From Selaginella moellendorffii (Eukaryota; Plantae; Lycopodiophyta), in assembly GCF_000143415.4 (NCBI RefSeq), contig NW_003314271.1, positions 1,966,806 through 2,030,805 on the forward strand: a stretch of DNA of 64,000 nt, in the 5' to 3' direction. The notes below the pieces were generated by a model. It was not told where the DNA came from. It was given only the letters and a program-made list of their open reading frames with translations, and made no database searches. Position 1 is the first letter of the stretch, and every line of letters starts with the position of its first letter. This document shows, in pieces, positions 59,315 to 64,000 of the stretch. A program made the translations under genes and the position numbers.

Positions 59315-61007
59315 TGTCGTGAATGTGACTTTGGGTATCGAAAGTTATCTGTCAGCCAGTCCTTACGAACACTCTTACCTTATTGCCATGAGGGCAGGAG
59401 GTCGGTATTGCTGGACCCTTTATCAGTCCCTCTTGTGCTAGTGGAGTTAACTAGGCATTTCGAATGTACTTAGACCGGACGAGCATAAGGACGGAATTCC
59501 TACATGTTATTAGCTAAACATACTTAGCCCAGTAAGGAGTTCCCGTCTCATTATGTCTTGCACTGGCTAGTGACAAGAACCCTCGCATATTGAGATTCGT
59601 CCCTCAATATCACTGGATGATAGCTTACTATGTCTGCCAAACACCCTTGCTATCATGCCCTTTGTGTTAGTCTCAATTCGGTCCCAAATGCTATTTATAG
59701 AAAGTGTCTAGATTTGCTCATCTGGCATATCTATGGAATGTAGAGATCAGTCTCCGCCTAATCTAGTTGAGAAACTAGTCTTCGCATGTGCACTTGACTA
59801 GATGAGTATAAGGACGGAATTCCTAAGTGCTACTAGTCAAGCATACTTGACCTAGTTACAGAAACTCATTACACTTGCTAGTGTTGGGAACCCTTATAAT
59901 ATTGAACTTGGTCCCTCAATATTTGCTAAATGATAGCTTACCATATTTGCCAAATACCCTCACTATCATACTATAAGCCACAAATTTTTCCTTTCCAATT
60001 TGTCAGTCTACCTTGTCTATCCAACCAACACCACCTTGGCCTTTGCTAAGTTCCCTCGCCAAGGTTGCTGCCTATTGTACTAGCTCCTATTTGGTCCTAC
60101 TTGGTTTCAACTACTCACTGCACAAACAACGGAGCATTAGCCATCCATCCACAAATTCCCAAATCTCTCCCAATCCCCCTCCCCGGGTTAGACTGGACAT
60201 AAGGTTCGGCTACATTCCCCGCAGGCACAAGCAACCAAGCATATCAAGCCTCCAAGTTCCTAACATCCTTTGGTACAACAAAACTTGATCATGGGACCCT
60301 CTAAATCCCAAGCCTTGGTGCAACACTTGCTTCGGGACGCCAGGGCGAAACACCATGGCCTAATGGCCCGGTGTGGGTACCTCTACCCCCCCACTTCCAT
60401 CCCGAAGGGAAGGCCCAAACCCCTAGGAAGGGTGAGGACCAATGAGCCACAAAGTACTCAAGTGGGGCACCACTCCACATGAGCCAGGAGCACCACAGTC
60501 AGTTTCCCTTCTGGGAGTGAGAGTTGCTCTTGAGCACTTCCTTGGGTGGCCCCTCCAGCATCACTCGAGTCCATGCTTACTCCCACCCAAACCCCTTGCA
60601 ACCCCCCCCCCCCCCCCCCGGGAGACACACGCTTTGGGCTTTCACCCCTTGACCTGTATTAGTATTTAGACTTGGTCTCGAACTCGGTCTCGGACTCGAT
60701 CTCGGACCCGACTTCGGACTCGGTCTCGGACTCGGTCTCGGACTTGATCTCGAACTCAATTTTGGACTCGACCTTGGACTCAACCTCGGACTCGGTCTTG
60801 GACCCAATCTCGGATCTCAGACTCTGTCTTGAATTCAGTCTCGGAGTTAGCCTCGGACTTGATCCTGGACTCTATCTCAAACTTGGTCTCAGAGTCGGTC
60901 TTGGACTCGATCTCGGACTCGGTCCCATCCGATGAACTCTTTATCATTTTGGTCATGCTTTCGGGGATCCTTTAGCCTACAACACCTTGGGGAGTTGGTT
61001 CCTTACA
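59315..61007 (-). repeat. ~1.7-kb 3' LTR of a minus-strand chromovirus-type gypsy element
   Basis: TG...CA termini. A purine-rich tract GGGTGGTGGAGT (61008-61019, minus strand) immediately precedes TGTAAGG. Internal duplication (~59460-59660 vs ~59780-59970) and a hexamer array at ~60670-60925. Confidence 0.75.
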
Positions 61008-61410
61008 ACTCCACCACCCATAAAAAAAGTTCGATACCCACATCGAATGTCTCTTTTTAATCCTATGACTTGTTAACTATGTCTCTAGAGGCATCCTCCC
61101 ACTTAGCAGTGTGCCTAAATTAGCCTCCCCGGCCAAGAGCCCATGACAATGGAATATAAGTGTCTCTATACCCCTCACCTCATCACGCTCTAGTATGGGG
61201 TCGGGACTTGAACCTAGCCTTGCTTTACTAGGGGGTTGGGACTCGAACCCAACCTCTATAGAATACATCTATGGATTCGACATCCCCACAGGGAGTCAGG
61301 CGTAGTTTCCTATGCCTGGTTGACGTAGCTAACCAATGCTAATTAGCTTACCTTCGGCACGCTTTCGGGTCCCAACATATGCCATTGCTCAACTTTACAA
61401 ATTGATACTT

Positions 61411-61720
61411 TTAATTGAACTTTGCATAAGTATATAGAGTTTTGCCATGTAGAAATTCCTCCACTAGATCTCGCGTGTTTACTATGTCCTCCTCTAGTTC
61501 CCATGTTGCTTCGTAGTATGGAAATCCTTTCCACTTCACATGGAACTCTCTCACCTTGCGTCCTTGTTGCTTGCTCTTGCGCGCATTGAGGATGGCCTCG
61601 ACTTCGTATTCCTCTTCCCCTTGGATAACCTCAGATAAAAGTCTCACTCGGTCCTTGCGAAGCGGATCCTCAAAGTATTGCTTGAGAAGCTCTATTTCGT
61701 TAAAGTGGGAATTGTCATTA
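61411..61720 (-). mobile_element. Chromoviral integrase C-terminus with chromodomain
   Basis: LLKQYFED...EEEYEVEAILNAR...EFHVKWKGFPYYEATWE, upstream of the PPT and LTR. Confidence 0.85.
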
Positions 61721-62128
61721 TCCCACTTGTAAAATAAGGTTTCCAAACCTTTATATAGTATATAAATATAACAAAATTCAACTGCATTGAGGCACATGCC
61801 ATTTTATTTTAAACAAGGAAATGTCTACTCGATCACTTCTCCTCCCCCTGCCACTACTTCACCTCTCTCTTCTCCTTGTCATCGTCGTCCAATTTCTTTC
61901 CATCCTTTTAATATTGGCTCAGTTGCTCCGAGTCTAGGTGGAGCCCAAGTCCCCATTCAATCTTTACTTTCCCCTTATTAATAAAACAACTTCGTAGACT
62001 TCCAATAACATGCTGTAACACTTCTAGTATAATGCAAATCCTCTCAAAGAATTGTCTTTTAATATTAATACAATGGCATGGAACCCCATGCCATAATAAG
62101 TTACATTTTTAAATAAATACATGCCATC

Positions 62129-64000
62129 TCAGACTGTTATTTTTTGCCTCCAACGCCTATACAATAATCTTGGAATTTCATCACTCTCCACACTATCAGG
62201 ATTTAAACCCAATAGTAATGCCATCTCTTCTCTAATACGTCCACGCTCATGTTCAGTGGTCGAAGAACCCATCCGGTTGAGCAGATTATGGAGATGCGGA
62301 TAGTGCTTGGCTAGACAATATACATGCCATAAATGATGACTGGTGTCTGTCCGATCAAATGGCTTTTGATATACCGTTCCATCTGCCATTTGGTTGATTT
62401 CTGCACCCACCTCCTGGATTGGCCGGTTCTCTATCACCATCGCTCCAAGCCGTTTTGCAAGGTCCCCCAGAACATACGGTTTCTTCTCCCTAGTTTCCAT
62501 ACTGCAAGAGATGGGGTGCATTGCATATGTGTGCATGTTTGCTGCAGTTTTAATCGGCGAGTCATCGATGATGAGGATTTCACTTGACCTAGCAGTCCGG
62601 TTCATCACTACAGCCTCTGGCTTGACGAAGATGGGCTTGCTACCCCTCACATGGACCATAGTCAAGCAATCCTCCTACGTTAGGAGAAAGTCAAATGGTA
62701 ATATTACTCGCATCTGATCGTGCATCATCTGTAGCAACGTTAATGCATTGTGGCGCATCATGGATGTCCAAACTCCCAATTGCAAATTGAACCCGACCCT
62801 CTGTTTTAAGTGTCGCATGGTCATTATTAGATCCCGCAGTTTCTCCCGTGTGATTAATGTGAATCTGTCTCTTTTGACCAACTTGCGACCGCAGGCTTTG
62901 GAGGGTGCAGTGACATTCGAGGACGAGCCACGCTCATGGGAGAAAAGGACACCGTTCAGATCAAAAACGATACAGTACCTTCGCCGTGACTCTGAAATGA
63001 AATGCGTCAGCATAAAAAATGGTACAAGTCAATTTTACCATCTACAATATTAGCGAATGGTGCTCCCGATGGTCGTTGAGAGGGTTTTGGTCGAGGAAAC
63101 GTGAAGGGCGGAAATACTCTCCTCTGCAATGTGGGGTCAATCGCATCCGATGGCGTGTGGGCACATGCTATTTCAACTGTAGACTCTGGTACAACTGGCT
63201 CAACAGTGGCATGGGGTGGTTCCGATGGCGTGTGATCACACGCCATTTCAGCTGATGCCTCCGTTGGCAAAGTGGACATGACCGAACAGGCAGCAGGGGC
63301 GGTGTAGGGAGGTTCCAACGGCACGTAGTCAGACGATTGGGCACACGTTGAGTCCGTTGGAAATGAGGATACGACTGGCTCGGCGGCTGGGGCGGCCTCA
63401 TGCGGGTCCAATGGCGCCTGGTCACCGTCAGTTGGATACGTGGACAAGATTGACTCAGTGGTATGGGCAGCATCAAGTGGAGCGTGGTCAGCTTGCTTGG
63501 CGTTGATATGGATAGTAGCCTCCACCAGCTCTGATGACTCTTGCAGGCAAGTAGAGTCCACTGGCGGATCTATATGCATGTCCAAATATCTCCCTTCGAT
63601 TGAGATGGTATCCTCCCTACTGGCTACTAAAAACAAACTCATTAGCACATTGAATCAACTATACTGTATTTACCATCAACTGCTATTGAGGAACTAGGAC
63701 CGATATCACTTGGGCGCACTGCTGATTCTGAAGGATTGGACATACGTTTCGACCCTTGCTTGGCACTATCCTTCCTCGACACTAAAGGCTAGAGTTTGTA
63801 TCTTAATTCAACTGAATAATCTCTACTTACCATTTGCTCTGCGACCTACATGGACAATGTTAGAAATAGTAAAAGGTTAGGAATGGATGTACTATTATTT
63901 ACCTGATGGTTTGTCTTGTATGACCTTCCTCCGCTGCTCTTTGGCCACCTCAGGCTGGCCATCGTTGTCATCATCGTCGTCGTCGTTATTGTGATCGTCA
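62129..64000 (-). pseudogene. FCP1/NIF-like HAD-family gene with a Pro/Ser-rich N-terminal region and one in-frame TAG; runs off the window end
   Basis: YCIVFDLNGVLF, GVWTSMMRHNA, FVKP, ILIIDDSPIK. A short intron at ~62993-63038 joins ORF 63007-63648 to the HAD exon. TAG at 62675-62677 is in frame with the next ORF. Confidence 0.7.

Noticed and set aside
58104-60935. Low-complexity ORFs (ESETET, SPRPSPR, DSVSDS) as proteins
   Set aside because: They are translations of the hexamer arrays inside LTRs.

Overview
This is eukaryotic nuclear DNA from a compact, gene-dense non-seed land plant. The ~45-70 nt GT-AG introns, tiny intergenic spacers and gene content best fit a lycophyte such as Selaginella (inferred, not proven). 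Left to right: a decayed Ty3/gypsy element; an intron-rich fused CofG-CofH FO (8-hydroxy-5-deazaflavin) synthase; an intronless Ser/Thr kinase; a UPL7-type HECT E3 ligase; a TPT-family nucleotide-sugar transporter; a second decayed gypsy with a 176-bp LTR; a GT37 fucosyltransferase; a variant tRNA-Gly(GCC); a SEP15/SELENOF homolog; ribokinase and RSH1 sharing a divergent promoter with five P1BS motifs; RNC1; a class-B LPAAT; a MUT-7/EXD3-like exonuclease that appears spliced in frame to a dsRNA-binding domain; two uncharacterised plant genes; LSF1; a tandem pair of intronless P-loop ATPase genes with near-identical coding regions but diverged flanks; gene fragments; a dead Helitron; and a nest of LTR elements (solo LTR with TSD, chromodomain) next to an FCP1-like HAD gene with one in-frame stop. 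The best candidates for new biology are the P1BS-packed ribokinase/RSH1 promoter, the exonuclease-dsRBD fusion, the homogenised ATPase pair and the probably plastid-targeted FO synthase. All coordinates and exon joins were read by eye; no database searches were run.
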